From NCBI GenBank assembly GCA_040767085.1, contig JAXGPF010000004.1, positions 128,001-192,000 of the forward strand: a stretch of 64,000 nt of DNA. Direction: 5' to 3'. The position numbers and the translations under genes are program-made. The notes under the pieces were generated by a model. It was given only the letters and a program-made list of their open reading frames with translations. It searched no databases and was not told where the DNA came from. The stretch is from Kiritimatiellia bacterium. Its GTDB lineage: Bacteria > Verrucomicrobiota > Kiritimatiellia > JAAZAB01. Below, in pieces: positions 19,875 through 29,490 of the stretch (the stretch's first letter is position 1; the number at the start of each line of letters is the position of its first letter).

Positions 19875-19948
19875 AAACGCCCCAAAACGCCCCGCTAAAC
19901 GCCCCAAAACACCCCAAAACGCCCCAAAACGCCCCGCTAAACGCCCCA
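19875..19948. repeat. Tandem repeat, 7 units of AAAC(G/A)CCCC with 10/12-bp period
   Basis: Read directly: aaacgcccca, aaacgccccgct, aaacgcccca, aaacacccca, aaacgcccca, aaacgccccgct, aaacgcccca. Confidence 0.9.
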
Positions 19949-20117
19949 GGATGGGGCATTTCCTGTTAATCTCCCCAAGCATTTGCCGCAACCTGAATGC
20001 ACAATCTGCAGGGTCAATCGCACAAGAGACGGCCCCCAAAAAAACACCCGCTTGACTTTTGCGGGCGTGATGTCACATACTTAGAAACATGCTCAAGCTG
20101 TAGGAGTTCTGTCCCAA

Positions 20118-20378
20118 ATGACGATCCAGGAGTTCATAGCGAAGTGGCGCAAGGTGGAACTGAAAGAACGGTCTGCCGCTCAAACCCATTTCATTGACCT
20201 TTGCAGAGTTTTTAACCATCCCGACCCCGTTGCCGGTGACCCGACCGGCGAGAGCTATTGCTTCGAGAAGGGCGCGGTAAAAGCTGGGAGCGCGGGCGTC
20301 CCGCCCGCACAGGGTTTCGCCGACGTCTGGAAGCGTGGCTTCTGGGGGTGGGAATACAAGGGCCGGCACAAAGCCTGA
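20118..20378 (+). pseudogene. N-terminal fragment of an MmeI-like (type IIL/IIG) restriction-modification enzyme
   Basis: MTIQEFIAKW...ERSAAQTHFIDLC...YCFEKGA...GFADVWKRG..WEYKG; stops at 86 aa whereas intact members are several hundred aa long. Confidence 0.8.
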
Positions 20379-20692
20379 TTTTCAGGACAGTTTACGGTGT
20401 TTTTTAGAAATCCATATCACCACAGCCACCTCCACAAAACGGCCTAAAAAACATCGAATTTCCTGGGAAATGTGACACTTAAAATTGGTAACTGTCTTAA
20501 CGGCAACCCGCTTTTGGGAGCTTTTGGGTTTAGTCTGATTTGAAAGGTGATTTATATGGGGTTTTACAACACACCCCCGCCCGCATGCGCGACCGGCGAT
20601 TGATCGGCAAAAAATGTGTGTGGCGTTGTGTGTGTTGCGTGCCATCATATTTCAGCATGTTTCACAAAATCACACGACACACATGGAAAAGC

Positions 20693-20729
20693 AAAAAACC
20701 CCCGAATTCCTTAAGGAATCCGAGGGTTT
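20693..20729 (-). terminator. Intrinsic terminator downstream of tRNA-fMet
   Basis: Minus strand AAACCCTCGGATTCC-TTAA-GGAATTCGGGGGTTTTTT: hairpin plus T-tract. Confidence 0.7.
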
Positions 20730-20741
20730 ATTGCTGAAAAT

Positions 20742-21069
<328 letters not shown>

Positions 21070-21151
21070 TGCAAATACTTATTCAAACATACAAAATGCC
21101 GCATTTAATGCAAGAATATTTTGAAAGAAAAAAGCTCAGAAAAAATCCAGC

Positions 21152-21862
21152 TCAGAAAAAATCCAGCGGGCCGGCGGCGGCGCGCGATGCGGCGGCGCGC
21201 TCAATCGCCTGGATTAGCCGGCATGCCAGACTGGTTTTACGCAGGCGGGGCCAGTCCGCGCGCCGGCCGTCCGCGGCCAGCAGCGTCACCTGGTTGTCCG
21301 CGGCATCGAAGCCAATGTCGGGGCGGGAAACGTCGTTGGCCAGAATCAGATCCAGACCCTTACGCCGGAGTTTCTTCCGCGCGCCGGCCAGCAAGTTCTC
21401 CGTTTCCGCGGCGAATCCGATAAACAAGCGGCGGCCTTTGCGGCGGCGGACGCGCAACAGGATATCGGCGGTGGGACGCAAAACCAGGTTCAACGCCCCG
21501 GCGTGTTTTTTAATTTTGCGACGCACCGGCCGCGCCGGCCGCCAATCGGCCACGGCGGCGGCCATGACCAGCACGTCGCACCATGCCACGTGCCGCTGCA
21601 CGGCGTCCAGCATTTCCTGCGCTGTGTTCACCCGCGCCAGGCGGATGCCGGCCGGCGGGTTCAACGCCACGGGGCCGGAAACCAGGACTACGGCGTGGCC
21701 GCGGCGCGCCGCGGCGCGGGCGATGGCATAGCCCATCCGGCCGCTGGAGCGGTTGCTGAGATAGCGCACGGGATCCACCGGCTCCCGGGTCGGCCCGGCG
21801 GTCACGAGGAACTTCAGCCGCGGCGGGTGCCGGGCTGGCGGCGGCTTGGTTTGCACGGACAT
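21152..21862 (-). CDS. coaB: Phosphopantothenate-cysteine ligase (stand-alone)
   Basis: VTAGPTREPVDPVRYLSNRSSGRMG, AAAVAD, GFAAET, ANDV. Confidence 0.92.
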   Translation of the reverse strand: MSVQTKPPPARHPPRLKFLVTAGPTREPVDPVRYLSNRSSGRMGYAIARAAARRGHAVVLVSGPVALNPPAGIRLARVNTAQEMLDAVQRHVAWCDVLVMAAAVADWRPARPVRRKIKKHAGALNLVLRPTADILLRVRRRKGRRLFIGFAAETENLLAGARKKLRRKGLDLILANDVSRPDIGFDAADNQVTLLAADGRRADWPRLRKTSLACRLIQAIERAAASRAAAGPLDFF

Positions 21863-21875
21863 GTTCCAGCGCCTT

Positions 21876-22421
21876 TCAGACAATTAATCGCTGCAGCGCG
21901 GTGAAAATCTCGGCGGGCTCGGCCATGCGGCCTTGCCCCGCAACGCCGCAGGCCAGGTCGCCGGCGCCCGGCCCGACGATGGCCGCGCCGCGCGTTTTCA
22001 ATATGGCCGCGTTCGCCGCCGTGGCCGGATGCTGCCACATGGCGGAATTCATAGCCGGCGCCAGCAGCAGCGGCGCCGGGCAGGCCAGTGCGACGGCCGT
22101 GAGGGCGTCGTCCGCCAGGCCGTGCGCCAGCTTGGCCATGACGTTGGCAGTGCAGGGGGCGATCGCCATGGCGGCGGCATGTTCGGACCACGCAAGGTGC
22201 GCCGGGGCCCAGGTGGCTGGAGGAGCGAACATGTCGGTTAAAACCGGATGGCGGGAAATGGTGCGAAAAGTCAGTTCGCCGACGAATTTACCGGCGGACG
22301 CCGTCATTACCACCCGCACGGCATAGCCCGCCTTGACGATCAAACGCGCCAGTTCCGCGGCCTTGTAGGCGGCGATCGAACCGGTCACACCCAGAATCAC
22401 TACCTTGTTTTGCTTGCTCAT
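21876..22421 (-). CDS. coaC: Phosphopantothenoylcysteine decarboxylase (stand-alone)
   Basis: GVTGSIAAYK, APCTAN, PAMN..MW, GDLACG...GRMAEP. Confidence 0.92.
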   Translation of the reverse strand: MSKQNKVVILGVTGSIAAYKAAELARLIVKAGYAVRVVMTASAGKFVGELTFRTISRHPVLTDMFAPPATWAPAHLAWSEHAAAMAIAPCTANVMAKLAHGLADDALTAVALACPAPLLLAPAMNSAMWQHPATAANAAILKTRGAAIVGPGAGDLACGVAGQGRMAEPAEIFTALQRLIV

Positions 22422-22457
22422 ACAATCTCCCTCCAGGCAACCGATGGCTGGACGCCG

Positions 22458-23093
22458 TTAGATACCCCGGCCCGCCGCCGCCGGCCGCCGCTGTTCGGCC
22501 TGCACAATACCGCGCAGCTCGTAATAAGCGCGTTCCAGGTCGTCATTCATCACGGCATATTGATATTCGTTCCGCGCCTGCATTTCGCGCCCGGCATTGT
22601 CCAGCCGGCGCGCGATTACCGCCGGAGCATCCTGCCCGCGCGCTTCCAGACGCCGGCGTAATTCCTCCATGCTCGGCGGCAGAATGAAAACATCCACATA
22701 CGAGCGCGCCAGCAGCGAATCGGCTTCGCGGCGGAGCAGGCGGCGGATGCGGCCGGCGCCCTGCACATCGATATCCATCAGAATGTCGCGCCCGGCGCGG
22801 AGCGCCGTTTCCACGGGGCGGCGCGGCGTGCCGTAAGCGTAGCCATGCACCTCGGCCTCTTCCAGCAATGCGCCTTGCGCGGAGCGCCGCCGGAACTCCT
22901 CCGGCGTCAGAAAAAAATAATCGCGGCCGTCCGTTTCACCGGGCCGGGGCGGGCGGGTGGTGCAGGAAACAGAGTAATCCATGGACGGAAACTCCTGGAG
23001 CAACCGCCGGCAGAGCGTGGTTTTGCCGGCGCCGGACGGCGCTGAAATCACCAGCAGCAGCGGCCGGGAGAAGGATGTGGGAGTCGTCTTCAT
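22458..23093 (-). CDS. gmk: Guanylate kinase
   Basis: SAPSGAGKTT, TTRPPRPGE, YGT, DIDVQGA. Confidence 0.96.
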   Translation of the reverse strand: MKTTPTSFSRPLLLVISAPSGAGKTTLCRRLLQEFPSMDYSVSCTTRPPRPGETDGRDYFFLTPEEFRRRSAQGALLEEAEVHGYAYGTPRRPVETALRAGRDILMDIDVQGAGRIRRLLRREADSLLARSYVDVFILPPSMEELRRRLEARGQDAPAVIARRLDNAGREMQARNEYQYAVMNDDLERAYYELRGIVQAEQRRPAAAGRGI

Positions 23094-23971
23094 TCCAGGT
23101 TTTGCGCCTGCTCGCGCACCCGCTCCAGTTCGGTTTTAGCCTGGACCGCCAGGCGGGCGCTGGCGGCATCGCCCACCTTGGCGCCGGCGGTATTGATTTC
23201 GCGGAACATTTCCTGCAGCAGAAAATCCAGGGTGCGGCCCACCGGTTTGCGCGCGCGCAGACAATGCTCCGCCTGCTGCAAGTGGCTGCGCAGGCGGGTC
23301 AATTCCTCGGCGATGTCGCTCCGCATGACGGCAGCGGCAATCTCGCGCTCCAGCCGGCTGGAGGTCAGCGCCGCGCCATCCGGCGCCCAGGCCCGGATTT
23401 TCCCGCGCAAGTGCCGCCGGGCCCGGGCCGCCGCGCGGGGCGCCAAACGCTCGAGGCGTCCGACGGCCTGGGAAATTTTGCGCAACCGGGCCGCCAGGTC
23501 CGCCGCCAGGGCGCGGCCTTCCACCAGGCGCATGCGGTCCAGTTCCGACAACGCCTGCCGGACGGCGCGGCGGATGGCAGACTGGAGGATGTCCGGCGGA
23601 AGCTTATCCGGCGCGGCGGCCCAGAGGCCGGGAATGGCCAGCAGATGCGAGGCCCGCAAATCATCCGCCAGGCGCAGACGCCGGGCCAGCCGGCGGGCCT
23701 GGGCCACGACGGCGGCGGCGGCCGGCTCGTCCAGCACGGCGCTGGCGGGCGGCTGGCCGCGGCCGGCGGCAGCGAAGATCCGGCACAGCACCGCGCCCCG
23801 GCTGATGCGGGAGCGCACCAGGCGGCGCAGATCATGCTCCATGAAGCCCAGTCCCGGCGGCAGGTCCAGGCGGATATCCGTCTGGCGGTGGTTCACCGCC
23901 GAAATTTCCACGCTGATCGTGAAGGGGCCGGCCGGCGTCTGTCCCTTGCCATATCCGGTCATGCTTTTCAT
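23090..23971 (-). CDS. yicC: YicC/YloC family endoribonuclease
   Basis: MKSMTGYG, GRTLDFLLQEMFREINT, REQAQNLE; upstream of gmk. Confidence 0.93.
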   Translation of the reverse strand: MKSMTGYGKGQTPAGPFTISVEISAVNHRQTDIRLDLPPGLGFMEHDLRRLVRSRISRGAVLCRIFAAAGRGQPPASAVLDEPAAAAVVAQARRLARRLRLADDLRASHLLAIPGLWAAAPDKLPPDILQSAIRRAVRQALSELDRMRLVEGRALAADLAARLRKISQAVGRLERLAPRAAARARRHLRGKIRAWAPDGAALTSSRLEREIAAAVMRSDIAEELTRLRSHLQQAEHCLRARKPVGRTLDFLLQEMFREINTAGAKVGDAASARLAVQAKTELERVREQAQNLE

Positions 23972-25281
23972 GAGACGGCCTCCGCCCGGTCCAGTTCCAG
24001 GGAGGCCCGGTAAATATTATCGAACAATTCCGCCAGCCGGCCGCAGGGCGCGGCGGAAAATGCCAGCCGCACCACGCCATTCATGACGATCACGCCGGTG
24101 GAATAGTCGGCGATCAATTTTTGCCGCAACTGCTCCGGGTCAACCCGCCGCATTTGCAGGCACATGAAATACCCGGAATTGAAAGGCAATGGGGTGAATT
24201 GTCCGGCATATTCGGGATGCGCCGCCAGGATCCGCCGCACTTCCCGGTAACGCTCCCGCAGCAATTCGTACTTGGCCTGCTTGGCGGCGGCGTAGTCCGG
24301 CTCGGCATAGGCCTTGGCCAGCAAACTCTGCGCCAGTTGCGAGCAATTGGAAATCGAGCCCCGGATGGCACCGGCGGTTTTGGCTTCCAGGGCCTGGTAC
24401 AATTCCGGCGCGGCCCGGGCGATGCCGTAGGTGAGAAAGCCCACGCGGAATCCCCAGACGTAATCTTCCTTGGTAGGGCCGTCCAGCTTCACCGCCAGCA
24501 GGTTGGGATGCAGGCCGCAGAGCATGGCAAACAGCGACTCGCGCAGGATGCCTTCCTCGAACACCAATCCGAAATAGGCATCGTCCACCAGCACCACTAT
24601 TTTCAATCCGCGCTCGGCCGCTTCCAGCAGTGCGTCGCGCAACTGGCCCGCTTCCGCGAGCGTGGGGGTATAACCGGACGGATTATTAGGGAAATTCAGC
24701 AACACGATCAGCCGCCCCGCCCGGTGTTGGCGCAGCTTTTCCGCAAATCCTGCGACATTGAATCCGCCGCCCGCGAACGCCGGGTAGGTTTTCAGGCGGG
24801 CGTCCCAGGTCAAATTGAAGATCAGTTCGTAATTCTCCCAGTACAGGTCAGGCAGCAGCACCGTATCGCCGGGGTCGCAGAAAAGGCAGCCGCAGAGATG
24901 CAAGCCATGCGTCAGCGCGCTGGTGACCACCGGCAGGCTGAAGGACTGGCCGGCGAGGGAGGGATTTTTATGCGCCAGCATCTCCCGCCAGATCTGCCGC
25001 AGGACCGGCTGGCCGAACGAGGGCGCGTAAGAAACCAGGCTGCTCACGGGCAGGCGCACCTGCGAGGCGATGCATGGCAGGGACATGGGCGCGCCGTCCT
25101 CCTCCAGCGCCGTGCCGATGGTGGCGTTGATCTCGCGGCCTTGGGCCTCGGCGGACTGGGCCAGGATGCCCTGCCGGGGAAAATAAATCTCGCGGCCGCG
25201 CCGGGAAAGCATTTCCATGACAGCGGCGCCGGAAGCCTCGATCGTTGCGTTTAATTGTTCAGCCTGCGGGTTCAACCCCAT
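23968..25281 (-). CDS. Class I/II PLP-dependent aminotransferase
   Basis: NFPNNPSGY, DDAY, DGPTKE..WGFRVG. Confidence 0.9.
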   Translation of the reverse strand: MGLNPQAEQLNATIEASGAAVMEMLSRRGREIYFPRQGILAQSAEAQGREINATIGTALEEDGAPMSLPCIASQVRLPVSSLVSYAPSFGQPVLRQIWREMLAHKNPSLAGQSFSLPVVTSALTHGLHLCGCLFCDPGDTVLLPDLYWENYELIFNLTWDARLKTYPAFAGGGFNVAGFAEKLRQHRAGRLIVLLNFPNNPSGYTPTLAEAGQLRDALLEAAERGLKIVVLVDDAYFGLVFEEGILRESLFAMLCGLHPNLLAVKLDGPTKEDYVWGFRVGFLTYGIARAAPELYQALEAKTAGAIRGSISNCSQLAQSLLAKAYAEPDYAAAKQAKYELLRERYREVRRILAAHPEYAGQFTPLPFNSGYFMCLQMRRVDPEQLRQKLIADYSTGVIVMNGVVRLAFSAAPCGRLAELFDNIYRASLELDRAEAVS

Positions 25282-25387
25282 AAAAAACCTCCAGCGGCGT
25301 TAAAATGATTGCATACCGATAAAATATAGTATTTAATTATCCATCCTAACTCAATCAATAATATTTCCGCGGACGTCCCGCAATAGG

Positions 25388-27559
25388 ATGTCACCCATGA
25401 CAAATGCACCTTCCCCCACCCCAGCCGCCGCCGGCTTGGAGGAAAAATTCCTGAATCTGCTGGCCGACCCCGCCGCCTCCGCGGCGGCGCTGGCCGAGGT
25501 TTTACAAGCCCTGGCCGGCGCCGCCGGACCGGCCAAGGCCGATGCCAGCGCCGAGTTATGGCAGGGAGAATTGGCCTCCCGCCGGCAGACCGATGACCTG
25601 CTGGACCTGCTGCGCCTGCGGGCGGGGTGGCGGGACGACGGCCATTTCAAACGCGCTGCCGGCCCCTGGCTGGAAGATTATTTCCGCACCGACACCCGAG
25701 AGCTGACGCTGACCCGCAATGCCGGCTGGAACGATCCCGGCGTCTCGGCCGTTGAAGCGCTCCGGCGCCTGGCAGTGCTGCGCGGACTGCATCCCGGCGC
25801 CGCTTGCTACGAGAAGACCTGGGGCGCCGGGCGTATCCGCGAAATCAATGAATACCACCAGCAGGTTGAGATCGATTTTGAGCGCAAGCCAGGCCACCGC
25901 CTCGCGCTGGCCCACGCCGGCGCCAATCTCATGCTGCTGCCGCCGGAAAACATTCTGGCGCTGCGCCAGGCTGATCCGGCGGAGGCGCGGCGGCGGATGG
26001 AGGAATCCCCGGGAGCCGTCGCCCGGGAAGTCCTGCTGACTTTCGGGCCGTTTACTCCCGTCCGCCTGCAGGAGTGGATGACGGCGCACCTGCTTTCGGA
26101 AGCCGCCTGGAAAAAATTCTGGGATGCCGCCCGTAAAAATCTCAAGGAAGACCCGCTGGTCACCCTGCCGGCGCGCCGGAACGAGCCGATTGTCATCCAC
26201 GACCGCGAGCAGACCGCCGACCCGCAATGGCAGGCGGACTTCCGCCGCGAAAACGATCCCGATAAAATCCTGCAGACGGCGGATGAAATCCGCGCCCGCC
26301 CGGGGCCGCTGCCGCCGAATGTGCAAAACCTGCTCGCGGAGCGGCTGGGCTTTGTCCTGTGCTCCGCCGGCAAGCGCGAACAGGCCCGGCGCGCGCGCGC
26401 CTGGCTGGCGCTGGAGGAGATGGAAGCCGCGCCGCCAGGCGCGGACCTGGCAGCCGCGGCGGCGGAGTTGCTGGCCCCGGAAGCCTTCGCCGCGGCCCTG
26501 GCCGCACTGCCCGTCCGCAGCCAGGCGCCGTTCTGCCGCTGCCTGCTCCGCCGGCAGCCGGAATTGTTCGGGCAGATTCTGCCGGAAATACTGCGCGCGG
26601 CGGACGCCGGCGCCTTACATGAAATCTGGCGCGCCCTGGCAGACGCAGGCGCACAAGAGCACGCGGCGGAGCTGCTGCGCGAATTGCTGCAGGCGCCGGA
26701 GCCCCCCTTGGAACTGGTCGCCTGGCTGTGCCGCAATGCGGCCATCCGCGACCAATTCAACCTGGCCGCGCCTGACCGGCTGGCCTTCATGGTCCTGAAC
26801 CTGCTCGAAAACCCGGCCATGGAAGGCGTGGGCCGCACGCGCGCCCGCAACCAACTGCGCGACTCCCTCTCCGACCCGGACTGGCTGGCCGCGGCGCTGC
26901 AGACGATGGGGGAGCAGCAGCGCCGCGATTTTGCGCTGCGCCTGCAAACCGCCAACCTGGGCTCCGACATCAACAACGCCGCGCTCCTGCTGCTGGCCGT
27001 CAAGCTGCGGCCGGAATTGGAGCAGGCGCTGCAGGGAGCCGCCCCGGCGCCGGCCGCGCCGGCGCGCCTGACTTCCCGGCATTCCTACCACGCGCGGCAG
27101 GCGCAACTGCACAAATTGATTACGGAGGAAATCCCCGCCAACAGCCGCGAAATCGGCGTCGCCCGCGGCTACGGCGACCTCCGGGAAAATTTCGAATACA
27201 AAGCGGCCAAGGATACCCAGGGGTTGCTGATGCGCCGGCGGATGGAATGGGAGCAAATGCTGGCGGAGGTCCGCGCCACCGATTTCGCCAATTTCCCGAC
27301 TGATCGCGCCGGGCCCGGCGCCTGCGTGACGCTGCGCTACGACGATGGCCGCGAAGAAAAATACCATATCCTGGGCGAATGGGACCATGACGAACAATTG
27401 GCCATCATCTCCAACCGCTCCCGCCTGGCGGAAATTCTGCGGGGCCGGCGCGCGGGGGAACGGGTGGAAGTCCCGGATGGCAGCGGCCAAATGCGCGGCG
27501 CCCTGGTTTCGGATGTCGGCGGCTTGAGCGAAGCCGTGCGCGCCTGGATCAATGCCTAA
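25388..27559 (+). CDS. Long GreA/GreB-family protein with large N-terminal extension
   Basis: C-terminal ANSREIGVARGYGDLRENFEYKAAK and ILGEWD...IISNRS; 723 aa, like chlamydial/spirochaete GreA. Confidence 0.88.
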   Translation: MSPMTNAPSPTPAAAGLEEKFLNLLADPAASAAALAEVLQALAGAAGPAKADASAELWQGELASRRQTDDLLDLLRLRAGWRDDGHFKRAAGPWLEDYFRTDTRELTLTRNAGWNDPGVSAVEALRRLAVLRGLHPGAACYEKTWGAGRIREINEYHQQVEIDFERKPGHRLALAHAGANLMLLPPENILALRQADPAEARRRMEESPGAVAREVLLTFGPFTPVRLQEWMTAHLLSEAAWKKFWDAARKNLKEDPLVTLPARRNEPIVIHDREQTADPQWQADFRRENDPDKILQTADEIRARPGPLPPNVQNLLAERLGFVLCSAGKREQARRARAWLALEEMEAAPPGADLAAAAAELLAPEAFAAALAALPVRSQAPFCRCLLRRQPELFGQILPEILRAADAGALHEIWRALADAGAQEHAAELLRELLQAPEPPLELVAWLCRNAAIRDQFNLAAPDRLAFMVLNLLENPAMEGVGRTRARNQLRDSLSDPDWLAAALQTMGEQQRRDFALRLQTANLGSDINNAALLLLAVKLRPELEQALQGAAPAPAAPARLTSRHSYHARQAQLHKLITEEIPANSREIGVARGYGDLRENFEYKAAKDTQGLLMRRRMEWEQMLAEVRATDFANFPTDRAGPGACVTLRYDDGREEKYHILGEWDHDEQLAIISNRSRLAEILRGRRAGERVEVPDGSGQMRGALVSDVGGLSEAVRAWINA

Positions 27560-27629
27560 TAATATCCCGCGGGACACAGCCATACTGGTTTCGCGCCGGT
27601 CTCCCCAAAATCAATCTGCGCCGCGGCGT

Positions 27630-27671
27630 GGGGGCGTGGGGTCGGACCGTAGGGGGCGTGGGGTCGGACCG
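27630..27671 (+). repeat. Tandem GGGGGCGTGGGGTCGGACCG repeats, with inverted partner GGTCCGACCC at 28081-28090
   Basis: Two 20-bp copies at 27630 and 27652; inverted core about 410 bp downstream. Confidence 0.75.
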
Positions 27672-27779
27672 CGGCAAGATGTTATTTGACAGGTGGATAG
27701 CCCGATATTATGGCAAAAAAACACTCTTAGCGGTGTTTTTTGGCGGGCTTTTTGTGTTATAAGCACTTATATTCGTATC

Positions 27780-28035
27780 ATGCCAAGAAAAATCGGTATT
27801 TCTTGTGTGGTCATTTATGGCACTTGACCCATAGATGTCACAACCGTGTTTTTTTTGCTGAAATTCGGCAAGGACCGTGGTGGCCAAAAAATTATGAACC
27901 GGCGGAAATTGGCGATAGAGCAAGAGCCGATTGCTGGTGAATCGGAAGCGTATATGCTGAGGGAGCAGCCCATTGGCTATGGGAATACTTAATGCTTATT
28001 TTGGTAATGAAAAAACGGCGCTAAGGGCCTTAAAA
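27780..28035 (+). pseudogene. Internally deleted, frameshifted REP-associated tyrosine (Y1) transposase remnant
   Basis: Across frames reads MPR / NRYFLCGHLWHLTHRCHNRVF / LKFGKDR, then a C-terminal-like YMLREQPIGY...FGNEKTALR; flanked by inverted GGGTCGGACC repeats. Confidence 0.55.
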
Positions 28036-28144
28036 GCAGCTTAAATATCTTTAAAGCATTGGTGTTTAGCATATTGCCGAGGTCCGACCCTCTGGCCCAC
28101 CCTCTGGCCACAGGTTAGCCTGATAATACTGTTCGAACAACACC

Positions 28145-29470
28145 ATGAGAACACAGCAAGCAGTGCCATACGTCACAGAACCTGGACGCCGGACTCCAAT
28201 CGCGGGCGAAGTCGACGTGGTCGTTGCCGGTGGTGGCCCGGCTGGGATCGCGGCAGCGTTGGCGGCTGCGCGCAGCGGTGCCGGGGTGAAGATGCTTGAA
28301 ACGCGCGGGTGCCTTGGCGGCGTCTGGACGGCAGGACTTCTCACCTGGATGTTCGAAATGGACCAACCCGGCATTCCCCTGGAGATCACGCAACGGCTCG
28401 ATGCGCTGGGAGCACGAAGGGGCGTTCTTCCTTCCATGTACTCGTACGATCCCGAAACCATGAAGCAACTGCTTGAGAACATGTGTTCCGAGGCGGGTAT
28501 CGGGATTCAACTCCACACCCGCGTTGCGGGTGTTATCGCCGATGGCGAGCGACTGTCCGCGGTGCTGACGGAGTCGAAGTCGGGCCGACAGGCGTGGCGC
28601 GCGGCGGTCTTTGTGGATGCCACCGGGGATGGTGACCTGGCCGCGCTTGCCGGCTGCACGTATGACATGGGAAGGGCCCCCTCCGGCGAATGCCAACCCA
28701 TGACGTACATGGCATTGGCAACGGTTCCGGATGCCGAGCGGCTCTCTCCCTTCATCTCCGGCGGAGATCTTTCGCATCACCTGGAGGCCGTCGGCCGGTT
28801 TCTCGCAGAAATCCGGAGGGCCGGAATAGAACCTTCCTATGCTCGGCCGACGCTCTTCCAGATTCGCGGCGAACTTTTGGCCGTCATGGTGAACCACGAG
28901 TATGGCGTCTCGGCGACCGATGCCGACGCAATCACGCGGGCGACGATCCGCGGCAGGGAGGAAGTGAACCGGATTGTCCACGGTCTGCGCAAACTAGGCG
29001 GCGCATGGTCCGACATGCATCTCGTGGCGACGTGCGAGCATATCGGCGTTCGCGAAGGGCGCCGCATCCACGGCCTCTACACCGTCACGGAGGATGACTT
29101 GGCCGCCGGTCGGAGGCAGGTGGACGCCGTCTGCCGCGTCAGGTTCGGAGTCGACGTCCACTCCACGAACCCCGCCGCCGGCAAGGGACAGGAGAGGTCT
29201 CCTTTCAAGATGAAGCCGTACGATGTTCCCATGAGGGCTCTCGTCGCGAAGGAAGTGTCCAATCTCCTTCTCGCCGGGCGCTGCATCAGCGGGGATTTCA
29301 TCGCCCACTCGAGTTATCGCGTCACGGGGACAGCGGCTGCCACTGGTCAGGCAGCGGGAGCGGCGGCGGCGCTGTCTGCACGAATGGGCAAGTCACCGGC
29401 GGAGTTGCCGTGGGCCGATATCTCGGAGCTGCTCCAGAAGACGGTGCGCTTCGAACCAGGGCGTCCATGA
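28145..29470 (+). CDS. FAD-dependent oxidoreductase (probable integron cassette gene)
   Basis: DVVVAGGGPAG, VDATGDGD, REGRR, LAGRCISGD...SSYRV. Confidence 0.9.
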   Translation: MRTQQAVPYVTEPGRRTPIAGEVDVVVAGGGPAGIAAALAAARSGAGVKMLETRGCLGGVWTAGLLTWMFEMDQPGIPLEITQRLDALGARRGVLPSMYSYDPETMKQLLENMCSEAGIGIQLHTRVAGVIADGERLSAVLTESKSGRQAWRAAVFVDATGDGDLAALAGCTYDMGRAPSGECQPMTYMALATVPDAERLSPFISGGDLSHHLEAVGRFLAEIRRAGIEPSYARPTLFQIRGELLAVMVNHEYGVSATDADAITRATIRGREEVNRIVHGLRKLGGAWSDMHLVATCEHIGVREGRRIHGLYTVTEDDLAAGRRQVDAVCRVRFGVDVHSTNPAAGKGQERSPFKMKPYDVPMRALVAKEVSNLLLAGRCISGDFIAHSSYRVTGTAAATGQAAGAAAALSARMGKSPAELPWADISELLQKTVRFEPGRP

Positions 29471-29490
29471 TACCTTCGACCCGCGGACGG

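Noticed and set aside
21152-22421. coaBC frameshift pseudogene
   Set aside because: Both halves are complete domains with a plausible separate start; split coaC/coaB is known in other bacteria.
25357-27575. Similar AATAATAT..CCGCGG.AC sequences flanking the greA-like gene as insertion repeats
   Set aside because: The match is short and gapped, and it surrounds a housekeeping-type gene; probably chance.
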